This document shows, in pieces, positions 1-10,647 of a stretch of 53,740 nt of DNA. The position numbers and the translations under genes were made by a program. This stretch comes from Halocafeteria seosinensis. Lineage: Eukaryota. The notes beneath the pieces are model-generated. The model saw nothing but the letters and a program-made list of their open reading frames with translations. It did not search any database and was not told where the DNA came from. The stretch is taken from the NCBI GenBank assembly GCA_001687465.1, contig LVLI01000393.1:1-53740 (forward strand). Direction: 5' to 3'. How positions within the stretch are numbered: position 1 is the first letter of the stretch; each line of letters starts with the position of its first letter.

Positions 1-10
1 AGCAAGACGT

Positions 11-184
11 ACACACACACAAATGTGACAGATAGCCCACCGGCCGGGAAGTTGACCACATCCTCTTAACGAGGAGCGGTAAGCGCCCGTGTTAAGCAGC
101 GACGGGCCCGCTGTTCCTGCAGCCTTGCTGACATGCGCCGTGGGGGAACACAGCACTGGTTAAGCTCAGGAGGCATCGGGGGAG
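11..184 (-). mobile_element. Dispersed repeat, copy 1; probable 3' end of a non-LTR retroelement (SINE/LINE-like) ending in (TG)n
   Basis: 13-184 matches 53539-53710 with 4 mismatches in 172 bp. The minus strand ends ...GGGCTATCTGTCACATTTGTGTGTGTGT. A 50-bp terminal fragment occurs at 29793-29842. The retroelement class is inference. Confidence 0.7.
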
Positions 185-1602
185 TGACGAAGGCTCTTCA
201 TAGTGGGTTGGACCGCCTTTATTTGGAATTGAATGGAGGGTCAGAACTATGGCGTTTTCTATATCTTGATGATCTGAACTCAGTAGATATTCCGAAGATC
301 TTGTATGATAGACATCTTGAAAAATCCCAGCCCCTTCAGCTACAATTGATCGCCAAAGTGCTGGCCGACCTAGGGTTTGAAGAGGAAGAGGAGGAATATA
401 GCTTTAGTTATCCTTCTGGGAAACTGTTCATTGCATTTGCGTGGAGCAAAGAATTCTTCAATTTTGTGTATCCGCAAATCACGGAGAGTTTAAGAAACCA
501 GTTCGCTCATGAGTGTAGGCCACACTTGCGCGTTTTGTCATTGACGAAAGAGAAACTACGGGAGAGTGTAACAATGGTCTTCAAGGACGGATGTGTTTCT
601 GAGCGTCAGCTAGATACGATGGCTGATCGAATGATGGAACCGAGTCATTTACCATCGAGCCCGGAGGGCATTGTCTGTTTGGATTTAATAGCTCCGGTCG
701 TCCGTGACCTCATTGGATGCGAACGCTTGCCTGTAGACGAGCTGCAGGAAACGCTTCAGCCACACATTCTTGCCGGGTTACAATACATTGAAGAGCACGG
801 GGACGAATACTACGGTCATGGCGGCGGTCCCGCATATTGGGCGTCTGTAGTGCTACGACATGCGTTGTTTAGCGCGACGTTGCCACCCTGGTGCCAAGGT
901 ACAGCCGCAAAGTCTTCTCAAGTTGCAACTGAAGACAAGAGCTATTCGTTTGTAGTGGCCCATTGGTCTCTAGAGGGTTTGCAGGCATCGAAAGTGAACA
1001 AAGTTGAGGAACTACGAAGGTTTGCCGAACAAACACTGGCGGAATTCGGTCTCGCCGAAGGATACGAGATGTTCTACCATGGCACCGCCGCCAGCTTGAC
1101 AGAAGCAATCGTAACGTCGCCCACGGAGTCGAGAGGCACGGAGGAAAACCGACTAGATCTAGGAGATAGACTCTACACTTCTTCGGATATCGCAGTGGCT
1201 TCTCAGTGGGCATGCCAGAAATTTGCACCCTCATCTTCAGAACTCCCGGTTGTAATTGGATTTGCGGTCCCCACGAGGGCTTTCAAAGAGCTCCATGGAT
1301 CTATTTTCGGTGTTGAGGACACCGACGCCTGGAAAGGAGTCATCTATACGTTTCATTATGGAACACGGAAGGACCAGACGCCTTATCGGGATCAAGCATA
1401 CATAACCTCCCCAGTGTGTGTCGTACCTCGGCAGTTTCGCGTGGCCAACCGGGTACACGTCCAAGATTTCACACGATCCAGTCAAGCTAAGACAGTTTGT
1501 GGTAACATCCATGTCGCATTCCAAACGGCGTTTAATGCGGAGGGGCTAGACGTTCTTGCGGATGTATCTACACCACGAGTGGTGTTTGTGCTGCATAATT
1601 AA
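133..1602 (+). CDS. Protein with C-terminal DUF3990-like (ADP-ribosyltransferase-fold) domain
   Basis: Uninterrupted 489-aa ORF. Motifs FYHGT...DLGDRLYTSSDIAVASQWA...YITSPV...FQTAF resemble the DUF3990 pattern LYHGS...DFGxGFYTT...A..WA...GPV...Q.CF. The ATG at 133 lies inside the repeat, so the true start is uncertain. Confidence 0.6.
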   Translation: MRRGGTQHWLSSGGIGGVTKALHSGLDRLYLELNGGSELWRFLYLDDLNSVDIPKILYDRHLEKSQPLQLQLIAKVLADLGFEEEEEEYSFSYPSGKLFIAFAWSKEFFNFVYPQITESLRNQFAHECRPHLRVLSLTKEKLRESVTMVFKDGCVSERQLDTMADRMMEPSHLPSSPEGIVCLDLIAPVVRDLIGCERLPVDELQETLQPHILAGLQYIEEHGDEYYGHGGGPAYWASVVLRHALFSATLPPWCQGTAAKSSQVATEDKSYSFVVAHWSLEGLQASKVNKVEELRRFAEQTLAEFGLAEGYEMFYHGTAASLTEAIVTSPTESRGTEENRLDLGDRLYTSSDIAVASQWACQKFAPSSSELPVVIGFAVPTRAFKELHGSIFGVEDTDAWKGVIYTFHYGTRKDQTPYRDQAYITSPVCVVPRQFRVANRVHVQDFTRSSQAKTVCGNIHVAFQTAFNAEGLDVLADVSTPRVVFVLHN

Positions 1603-2010
1603 CGAGAAACGATTTTCTAAAAAATCTCGCCTGAGAATCCTCTCGTCCCAAGTAGGGGAGCAATTCACTTGCGATTTCTTGTGGATGTCCCAAGAGATGC
1701 AAACCGTATTTGTCCTGCCTCAGACAAATGTCGAAGTAGAATCCTGATGACGCAGCGCGCAGAAAACATCTTATCCGAATGCTTCAGTTTGTTAAGTGTC
1801 GAGGGAAGTGTCCCTACATGTATCGCATTACATCGCATTACATGACTGTAAGTTGCAATTTTGGCACCTTTATAACACGTAGATACCCCTAATATCACGG
1901 TATTGAAAATAGAGGAATTAATTATTCTGTATTGTATGCATCCATGATTACATGAAAGTACTAATCCATAATATATCCGGAGTGCCGGTACAATTGGTAG
2001 GTAGGTAGTA

Positions 2011-3799
2011 ATGAATCCATACCATAGTCCCGAGGAGGACGGCGGCGATACTGCACCTCAGAAAGCACCCTTGGTGGATAAGAACGGCGGACATGAGGAA
2101 CAACACTACACGGTATACCCAATCCGCTGGTGGATTCTCACCCTGTATTGCTTCGCCAATTTCCTGAATGCCTATGAATGGATCAGTTTTGCCGCGATCA
2201 GCAACTATGCTGAGGATTTCTACGACGTGCCCTCCTCCGCAGTAAATGGATTCTCAGTTATCTTTATGGCTGGATATTTCCCTGGAGCCCTCTTGAGTAT
2301 TTTCTCAGCGTACGTCAGATGTATACTGCCGATGTTGGCCGGTGTTTGGTTACCATGTGTCGTTCATGCATGCACTGCAGAGAGCAATTCGGTGCAAGGA
2401 AGAGTCTAATCATGGGTACTATGGGCAACTTCCTCTGTGCAGCAATACGTTATGTCGCGTCATATATACCAGTCGAAAACAATGGAAGGTATATTGTTAC
2501 TTTATTTGGGCAGCTATTCGGTGCGATATCCCAGCCATTTTTTATGAACCTACCATCGACACTGGCGGTCAAATGGTTTCCCAGCCACCAACGGGAAATT
2601 GCCACAAGCATTGCTGCACTCATCAATCCTCTAGGTACGTGGAATACATTTCTCCGAGAACTATTTCTTGAAGACCGTAGCAAAGAGTGTACATTTGTTT
2701 GCAGGAAACGCGGCGGGGTCCCTCGTTCCAAGCTTGATGGTATCGCAAGCCGCAGATGTACGCAGCTCGCTGCTCCTGCAACTAGGACTAGCAACCGCAA
2801 GCGCCATATTGATGATCATCTTCATGAAGGAACGTCCTCTCTCTCCACCGAGCGCTGCTGCAGCACTACGGGAAGAGGAAGAAAAACAAACAAGTGACGA
2901 CACCGTCGAAACAGTACATATAAACCAGAGTGACGACAGTATCACCGATGAATTCATATCTTCATCTCCTGGGACCCGTGCCGACAGTCCAGGCCTAGCA
3001 ACGCTAAAGCACGTGCTCAGCAATTGCGTTCATCTTCTAAAACAAAAGAATTTCTTGCTGCTACTAATTGGCTTCTCCGTCGGGTTGGGATTGTTCAATG
3101 CTTTTATCACGTTGATTGAGCAAATCGTTGCACCTTGTAACTACACTTCGTCTAACGCTGGAATTTTTAGTGCTGTGTTGATAGTATCTGGATTGGTCGG
3201 GGCTGTCATTGCCGGAGCAATACTTGAGAAAACGAAGGCACTGATCGAAGTGTTGAAGGCCATGGTCATCATTTCATTCATTGGTATAGCAACGGTTTTA
3301 CTGCTCCTTAGACCTGACATGTTTCCCTACCTAACAGCCGCGTTCGCGATTATGGGGCTAGCAATATTGCCCTTGCTTCCCGCTTGTATGGAGAACGCCG
3401 CTGAGTAAGTAAACGTGACTGCCCATATCTCAACGTACTTCCGGCGGTATTATGTTCTCTGTATTTACAGGATGACTTATCCGGTACACGAGGACACATC
3501 CACGGCTCTACTTATCGGGGGAGGACAGGTGGCAGGTATAATAATGTCATTCACGATACCGCAGTTATCAGAGAAACACTGCAGCACAGTCTTCACCCCC
3601 TCTAGCATCTTCATTATAGGTATGACCGCGGTAAGTCAACCTTCTTGCTGCTTGTCCCCATCATTCCTTCCATATACATCCGCTACCCTTTCAGATTGCT
3701 CTAACTTGCTTCCTATTCATCAAAAAGGATTATCGAAGAATGAAAGCTGAAGACTCTTATACAGCAAAACATGCTGACGACAGCCGCCTACAACCTTGA
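2011..3799 (+). CDS. MFS transporter, FLVCR/SLC49-like (5 exons)
   Basis: YTVYPIRWWIL, WISFAAIS, GQLFGAISQPF, AVKWFPSHQREIATSI and E.TYPV.E motifs. GT-AG introns at about 2310-2380, 2635-2704, 3405-3470 and 3631-3694. Spliced stop TGA at 3797-3799. Confidence 0.88.
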
Positions 3800-4928
3800 T
3801 CGGCGCCAATGGCGATACAAATGCATTGATAGCAAGAATGCTGCCGTTGTCAAAAGCACTTTCAGCTTCTCTTCGCCAAATATCGTCTTTAGCTGTTGAA
3901 GTATCTTCTTTGCTTTCCAAACAGTATTGCTCCTATTTAACAGATACAGTATGAGACTTTCGTTTGCGCGAGGGGTGTCGATGAAATTCGCACTATCGTT
4001 TCGTGGATCGACAGCAGTAGTTTCTTCGCCAGAAGCATCAACAGGGAGTTCCTTCCGCTCATAAAGGAAAACCAGTAGAATGCAAGCAGAAAGTGCTAGT
4101 CGGACAGCTTTCGTATTCTTGGATGCAGCAGATAATATAGTCTGGACTCCCCATGCCAGTGAGACTATCATTCCCACCTGTCTTATCTTCCCCGAATAAA
4201 ATCCATTCCAGACAGAATTTACAACCTGCTGTACGCGCTTTTGGGCGAGGATCCTAAAGAGTGTTTCTGCCCATTTCGGATCAACATCGGAATTGGTGTT
4301 GTTGCCGGCGGACGACTCCTGTTCAGCCATTGTTGTATCAGATTCAGGAAGTAACACCCCCCGAAGAAATCCTGGCAAAAAATGAACTAATCCAGGCTTC
4401 ATGATTTGATTTCGAAATGGCCGAGGTGCACTGTCCAAGTAGAGTTTGGTTTCGCTCTCTGTGAGACCCAACAACAACGGAGCGTATTGCTTCAACTTGT
4501 TGCTTAACGTTGCATCTTTCATCCAGTCCAAGAGAGTTCTGTATAACCAAGAAGTAGGTAAACAATATAACAAAATAAATGTATACTGTCTAGAAAATGT
4601 TGCTCGTTTGGTAGGAGGAGCTAGATACTTACTGGTGTAGCAGCTGCTCCTGGATTCCATCCGGCAAGTATCGAATTAAACCCCTTTTCCTAAAGCGTTT
4701 CCAATGCAAATAGACCCCAGCACCCACAGCACATACTCCCACGAGTAGTGCGCACAAGGACTGGAACGATAATGTGAGCCACAGGAAGAGAAAGAGAAAG
4801 CTAAAGCCCCCTAAAACGAGCATATCCGCGCCATCCATTCTGCGGTATCCATGTTTTACCTCGGTCGTGCGCTGGAGCGCTTGCATAATAGCGTCTCCCA
4901 CTGCTTTAGACGTTGTTCGAGTATCCAT
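3788..4928 (-). CDS. Hypothetical membrane protein (at least 2 exons)
   Basis: ORFs 4629-4928 and 3788-4660 join in frame through a GTAAGT...TACAG intron (LLHQ/TLLDW). Several hydrophobic segments. Start uncertain. Confidence 0.6.
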
Positions 4929-5716
4929 ACTGTTTTCTGTGATACGGGACTAAGCACATGGCCTTCGAGACATCCACACAATCCATTCCAGGGTGAAATT
5001 AACCTGCGGCTATAACTCATCCAGTAGGAGCGGAAGCTGAGTGTGAACTTCCAGTCTGGGAATCCTGGGAATTCAGGCTGGAATCCATTGTAATTATGAC
5101 TGTGGCTCAGCAACAGTAGTAATGTAGTGTACATGGTTTATTCAGTATCACGTATACTTCAGAAGTGCTTTTTGAGCTTCAGTGGGTTGTTTCTTGCAGT
5201 CGTGTATTAGTAACAGTATTACACAAGGATGTACCTAGTCTACTCGCGGAAGTCTTATCTGTCTCTGGTTCTACACAGTAGTGCGTAAATATGCGTATCT
5301 CACCGGTGCTTGTTTCCTCGTTAGTTGTTTTGTACGAGATCTTGGTCTGCAACCATTTCCTTTTTCGGCCCAAGACAGCTCTGGATAATGCTTAGTGTTG
5401 CAGTTGCTTGAATATCAACTACGTTCTTCATAGCAAGTAGGCCATTACCAATGTACATTACGTCCCCATACACCAATGTGTAACTTACATCATGAAAGCT
5501 GTGCTGATATTAGTGAGCGAACAAGTTTTCCAGGTTGAAGTACCGTAAACGGTCCCACTGGCCACACATTTGTGATCCTTTGCCAGAGTGGTGGACGTTA
5601 GAACGTGTACTTAGCCGGGCTAGTTTGTTCAGTGTCATCCACAGACTGCGCTGGAGGGAAGCTTATGTATCCAATTTACTAGTAGTAGCTGATAATTCAA
5701 CCGTATCACAATCACA

Positions 5717-7138
5717 ATGAAGCGAACTCCTAGAAAGGATCACAAGGATAAACAACGTATTCAGAGATATGAAGAACAAATAAGTGAGCTCTCAGACGAC
5801 TTGATGCAAGCAAGGGAAGACAATGAGGATATGAACAAACAACTCAAAGAAGCCCGATCCGAAATACAAGCATTGCAAACACGGCTAGAACGCCAGGAAA
5901 GCCACGCTACGTTAATGGTGAGAAGTGCTCCCCCTTACAAGCGCCAACCAAGAAAAAAACCATCGTCTATCCATGCAGCAAAATCTGACGGAGCAAGAAT
6001 ACGAAGCAAAATTAGAATCGATGCAATATCAGATAGATCTGCTTCAGCAACGTCTACACTCAGCCGAGGCTTCTGAAGCTTGCGTTGACGTACTTGAACA
6101 GGAACGGCAATCCCTCACCAAACGGGTACTGGAATTGCTGCAGCAAGTTGAAAAGACCGACAGGAAGCAGGCGGAAGAAGTTCATAGATTACGGACGAAT
6201 AAGGATAGTGCAGTCAGGGCATTCGAAGTTACATTTAGCACAATGCTGGAAAAAATCATGGATCAAAGTGACGAGAGAGCACAACAGCAAATATCTTCCA
6301 ACATAAAGGTAGGTACTCACTCAACCGGCGAAACGATGAACCTCGTGTGGGTCCTTAGCCTACCTTGTGCCGTACAGACTAAGCTGGCCGAGTATGAGCA
6401 AATCAAAAAGAGTGCTGAAACCGCAGAAGAAGCCGCGACAAGGTTGCTCGAAAAGTGCTCTAGGATTCAGAAGGAAAACCGTAGCCTGGTAAGCTGACCT
6501 CTGTTCAATGCTTGGGAGCACAACTACACAACTTAGCGAGAAATACTGCGTATGACCAAGCACAGAAGTTGGAAGTTGAAACGTTAACAAAATCAAACGA
6601 GAAATTGTTGGGTCGGCTTGTAAAGAAGAAACTATACCGGCAATCTGAGGACGTCGAGGGATTTATATCGAAGTATGGCCAATCTCTAAAGTCTCCAGAA
6701 GCTGGCGAAACAGGGGACAAGACCTCAGATATAGAGCAACGGAAAGAGAGAGAAGAGGTGACACATGTATACCCGAGTCGGGTCTCATGTTACGATTGGA
6801 CGGAGGGATACATACAGGTTAATGAGGAAGTTAAACATGAGGTTGCCGGCGATACAACGCCTGCAAGCGTAACGGAAACACCGACGCTGCGTCATCTGGT
6901 GGAAGTGGCCAAGAAAGTAAACAGCCAGAATCACGCAAAACTAGGCTCCGCTGAAGAGCCGACAATTTCAAATGAAATCTATGAACGCATACAGGAAAGG
7001 ATGAAAACTAAGTTAAAGGAAACCACTAATCTCCGCCCTCAGTCGGCTTCATCGCGGTTTCAAGAGACTGCAGGGCGCTTACAAAGGCAGTATCCCGTAA
7101 GAAGGCCCCAGTCTAGTCGTCGCTTACGGAGAAAATAA
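5717..7138 (+). CDS. Coiled-coil protein of unknown function (multi-exon)
   Basis: E/K/Q-rich heptad ORFs joined by GT-AG introns at about 5918-5978, 6309-6377, 6489-6565 and probably 6759-6817. Confidence 0.7.
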
Positions 7139-7145
7139 ACGATGA

Positions 7146-9819
7146 TTAAGAACGATCCCATTTTTCAATATGGATAGTAACATCCCCTTCTTGTGATACG
7201 ACGGAAATTTCTCCCGAATAAGGGCAATCACCGTTGTCTTCGCAATTGGCGTTCACCTGATCGACGATCTTCACGTCACCGTCTTTCTCTGATATCGGAC
7301 ATTTCTTCTCTCCATCTTCAGCGTCGAAGCCTTCACCAGTACATGTGATCGTACCTTCCGTCGCAATAGAGACTATACCGGCAAACTGGTTGAAGCTAAG
7401 ACTGACGGAACCTCGCCCACTTTCTACCTGCACCACACCGCGCTCGTTCATCCTTGTCCCTGTCAACTTGATGAAACCCTCTGTAGAAGATATACGGATG
7501 CCTTCGCTAGCTCGCAATCCGAGCCCTTGGATTGACCCTTCTTGGGTATCAAGTTCATAGTTTTCCATTTCTGTATCTCTGAGCTCAATCCGGCCTTTGA
7601 AACTGGTAGCTGCAAATGTCCCGCCTCCGTTCTTGGTATGCAGCTGTACATCTGTTACGAGAATTAAACTGTAATCAGTGGTTGCATGCATGTCACAGTT
7701 CCACAGTTTACAATTTTCAGCTGTTACTGCTCCCGTTTCTGTGGTAAACCGCACGTTCCCATCGTCAGAACCGAGTTTATTGGGGTCACAAGATGCATCC
7801 ATCTGCTCTATGAGGATCTGCCCTGCCTCTGTCTTTGCTTGCAGGCCATTACTTCCAGTAACCAGTCCCTTAAACTCAATAATACCGCCTTCGGTTTCAG
7901 CCCGAACCCGGTTGAAGCGGGGTCTGGAACTAAAGTCTGTAGACGTTAGGTCAATGTCCACTCCTGCTCGTCGGCCCTTGCCTGTCGTCAACAAGCCAGG
8001 AGTAGACATGCTGTCTTCGTGAGAGTTACCGCCGTAGATACTCGCGGCGGGTACGTGAATGGTTGTCTCCGCAGACTGGCAAGATATGTCAAAACCCAAT
8101 ACTAGAGTAGGTTCGGCTGGCTCCATTTCTAATCCATGAGAATTCATTTCAGGGTCGTGCTGAACTTCCTCTTCTTCAGACGGCCCCATACCACTTCGAA
8201 AGGCTCCAATTTCCACATCAAACAAAAAGTTGGTATTATCTTCGTCGATCTCTGCGCTTACTACCCCTCTAGTGAACATATTTCTATAGTGAACATTGTC
8301 CACTGAGGCGTTGAGAACTCTCTCATACGTTTCTGTGTGCTCACCAAATGTTGAGCATGAGGTAGAAAAGAACAGAGCGAGCGTTGACAGGCCTATCACG
8401 ATGAGCACTACCAAGATAATGCACACACAGCAGCATCCAATGACTCTTCTGCTCGTGGGACTCCCATATGTCCATTGTTGTTTCCACATGGTTCGGAAAA
8501 CATTCGGCCTGTCCTCTTTGGTATTTGTAAGTGCTTTTAGACCATCTTCCTCATTCTTCTTCTCCGTTTGCTTTTCTTTCAACGTGAAACGTAGCTGCCG
8601 GGATGCCCACCATTGAAACGAGAGCAGTAAACCAGCAATCAGACTTATGTAGCCTAGCGCTCGCAGGTTTGACTCGACAAACCGCTGAAACTGTTCTTTG
8701 TCATGCCTCCCACTGAACGAAGGAGGTAGCACCTGGCGGATGGATTCCCAATTGTCGTTGATATACCCCTCAATCTTATCTGCTTGCACAAGTGCACCGA
8801 TACCAAACCCAACGAAGAGTGCTGATAGAATCACTACAAATATCATGAAGAGTTTTATAATTCCACGGCTGTGAAGCGCAGCTCCGATGCAGCCGAGCAC
8901 GGAGAGCGCCACAACGAACACTCCCATTATAAACATTGCGAATGCCGTAACAGGTGCCTCCGCCGTCACAGCAGTATCGGCAACGAAGAGTGACGCCACA
9001 ATAAGAGCAACCCCTATCGGCAGAATGGTGGTATTTGTAGCCTGGAGGACAACAGTGTATGCCTTCTCTCTACTGGCCACTGTAGTGACGTTACTCATGG
9101 AGGAGAGGGAGAGAAGAAAGGAAAAAATGCACAGCCCACCAATGATGTAAGAGTTCATCGTCACAGTGTCTTTCGTGTCCTCTTTGTCAGCTGATGATCG
9201 CTCCTCTGAGTTTTTCTGCAACCGTGAATATTACTCCGAATGAAAGCGGAAGAAGTGGCTAAGCGGGATAGATGAAGACTTACATCGGCCAAAATTTCGT
9301 CCCAGTTGTTATCAATGTACGCTAGTGTACTATCCAGCAAGATGAAGAACAAGCCTCCAATCATGACGAATCCTAAGGAGAGGACTATGGAAAAAGAGTG
9401 GTACTGAACAATTTCATCCATGGGGAAAACATGTTGAGAGGACGTTATGATGCATGCTGAGATGTGAAAACGAGAGCACTTACAATCATCAAAGATGTCG
9501 TCTTCTTTCTTCCCACAGCCACGCAACCCAGCCCAGCGTTTAGAAAGAGGCCAAATGCAGCCAGAGTTGCTGCGTAAGTTAAGATTGTCGATTCACTGCC
9601 GTAGGAATCCGGGATGGCTTGGACTCCTTGGTACGCTAATCCAACGGCAGTGCCCATCATGAAAAAATCGACGAGCCGAACACATCTCTTTGACTGAGAT
9701 CTCCTGTCCTCCTCCTCTTGTTCCGCTGTCTTTTCATGTTCTTCGTCATGATAATTATCATCGGGAGGGGGCACAACGTGGCTCATGCCCTCATCCGCGT
9801 AGTAATCGTACTTCTGCAT
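7146..9819 (-). CDS. Multi-pass membrane protein with two tetraspanin-like blocks and a C-terminal DUF4097-like beta-solenoid
   Basis: Exons 9819-9484, 9403-9284 and 9215-7146 (GTAAGT donors, CAG acceptors). Repeated units LGCVAV...YIDNNWDEI and LGCIGA...YINDNWESI. The C-terminus has repeats such as AETEGGII, KTEAGQI, TTETGAV, DTQEGSI, SSTEGFI. Confidence 0.7.
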
Positions 9820-10293
9820 TATAGCGCTTCTGTTTGTTTGTCGAACGATGCAATATAAAACAACAAAAGAAAGCGACAAGCTTCCTTTATGAGCGTGTAT
9901 GTGCAGTGTGTAAGTGGTAAAACCCGGGAATTGCTTCCACTGAGAGGGGATACCCGCCAAACGCCCTCTGTCACTTTACTGGTGTGGCATTTCGAGCGCA
10001 ACGCGATCCACACAGTCCCTACACCGCATGTGTAGATATATATTCTTTGCGTGTTTGATACAGTAGAGGGCGCTCAAAGACCGACAACAAGCCTTTCGTG
10101 TCGAACAGTCGGACTCGAACTGATCCTTGGCCTCTTCAAGTTGAAGTAGCACATCAGTTTTCACTCCGGCGGAATCCGGACCGGCTTCCGAAGCATTTGA
10201 ACCATATCGCTCGAGCGAGCTCAGCAGCAGTTGTATGCTTTGGTCCGTAAAGCTGGCGGTAGAGTGACCCCTCACAACAAGCAGGTAAAAGGT

Positions 10294-10302
10294 AAAAAAA
10301 AA
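10294..10302 (-). terminator. RNA polymerase III terminator (T9) of the 5S gene
   Basis: Run of 9 A on + (T on -) about 7 nt past the 5S 3' end. Confidence 0.8.
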
Positions 10303-10309
10303 TTGAAGA

Positions 10310-10429
10310 GTCAGCAGCACCTGGGCTTCCCGAGTGGTCCCCCACCTCAGTACTGACCAGGCCTAACGCAGCTTAACTAACGGAGTTCTGATGGGAGTCC
10401 GGTGTACTCTACGTAGTATGGCCGCTGAC
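10310..10429 (-). rRNA. 5S ribosomal RNA
   Basis: Minus strand reads GTCAGCGGCCATAC...CACCGGACTCCCATCAGAACTCCG..AGTTAAGC...AGTACTGAGGTGGGGGACCACTCGGGAA...GGTGCTGCTGAC, 120 nt. Helix I ends pair (GTCAGCGGC/GCTGCTGAC). Confidence 0.97.
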
Positions 10430-10451
10430 AATGAAGCAGTGGGAACTTTCC

Positions 10452-10461
10452 TTTATCTATA
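10452..10461 (-). promoter_or_regulatory. TATA-like element upstream of 5S rRNA
   Basis: TATAGATAAA on the minus strand at -32 to -23 from the 5S start, the usual position for Pol III upstream elements. Confidence 0.5.
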
Positions 10462-10647
10462 CATTAGAGAAGTTCATCAAGTGGAAGGTAACCCAGAGGT
10501 GACCATTGCTACATCAAATGGAAGATTCATAACTGGGTACGACGGAGACGAATTGCATTGGCTGAGCCATTTGGCTCGGTAGTAGTACCCTTGAGATACA
10601 GTCATCAGTGCATGGCCGTGTCCCTCTGCAGTACTGTCTGTACACAC

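Noticed and set aside
5050..5085. Imperfect inverted repeat TTCCAGTCTG...CAGGCTGGAA in a divergent promoter region
   Set aside because: Single short occurrence with no second copy or other support.
10261..10505. Possible target-site duplication around the 5S gene
   Set aside because: Only short AAGGTAA-type matches that are compatible with chance.
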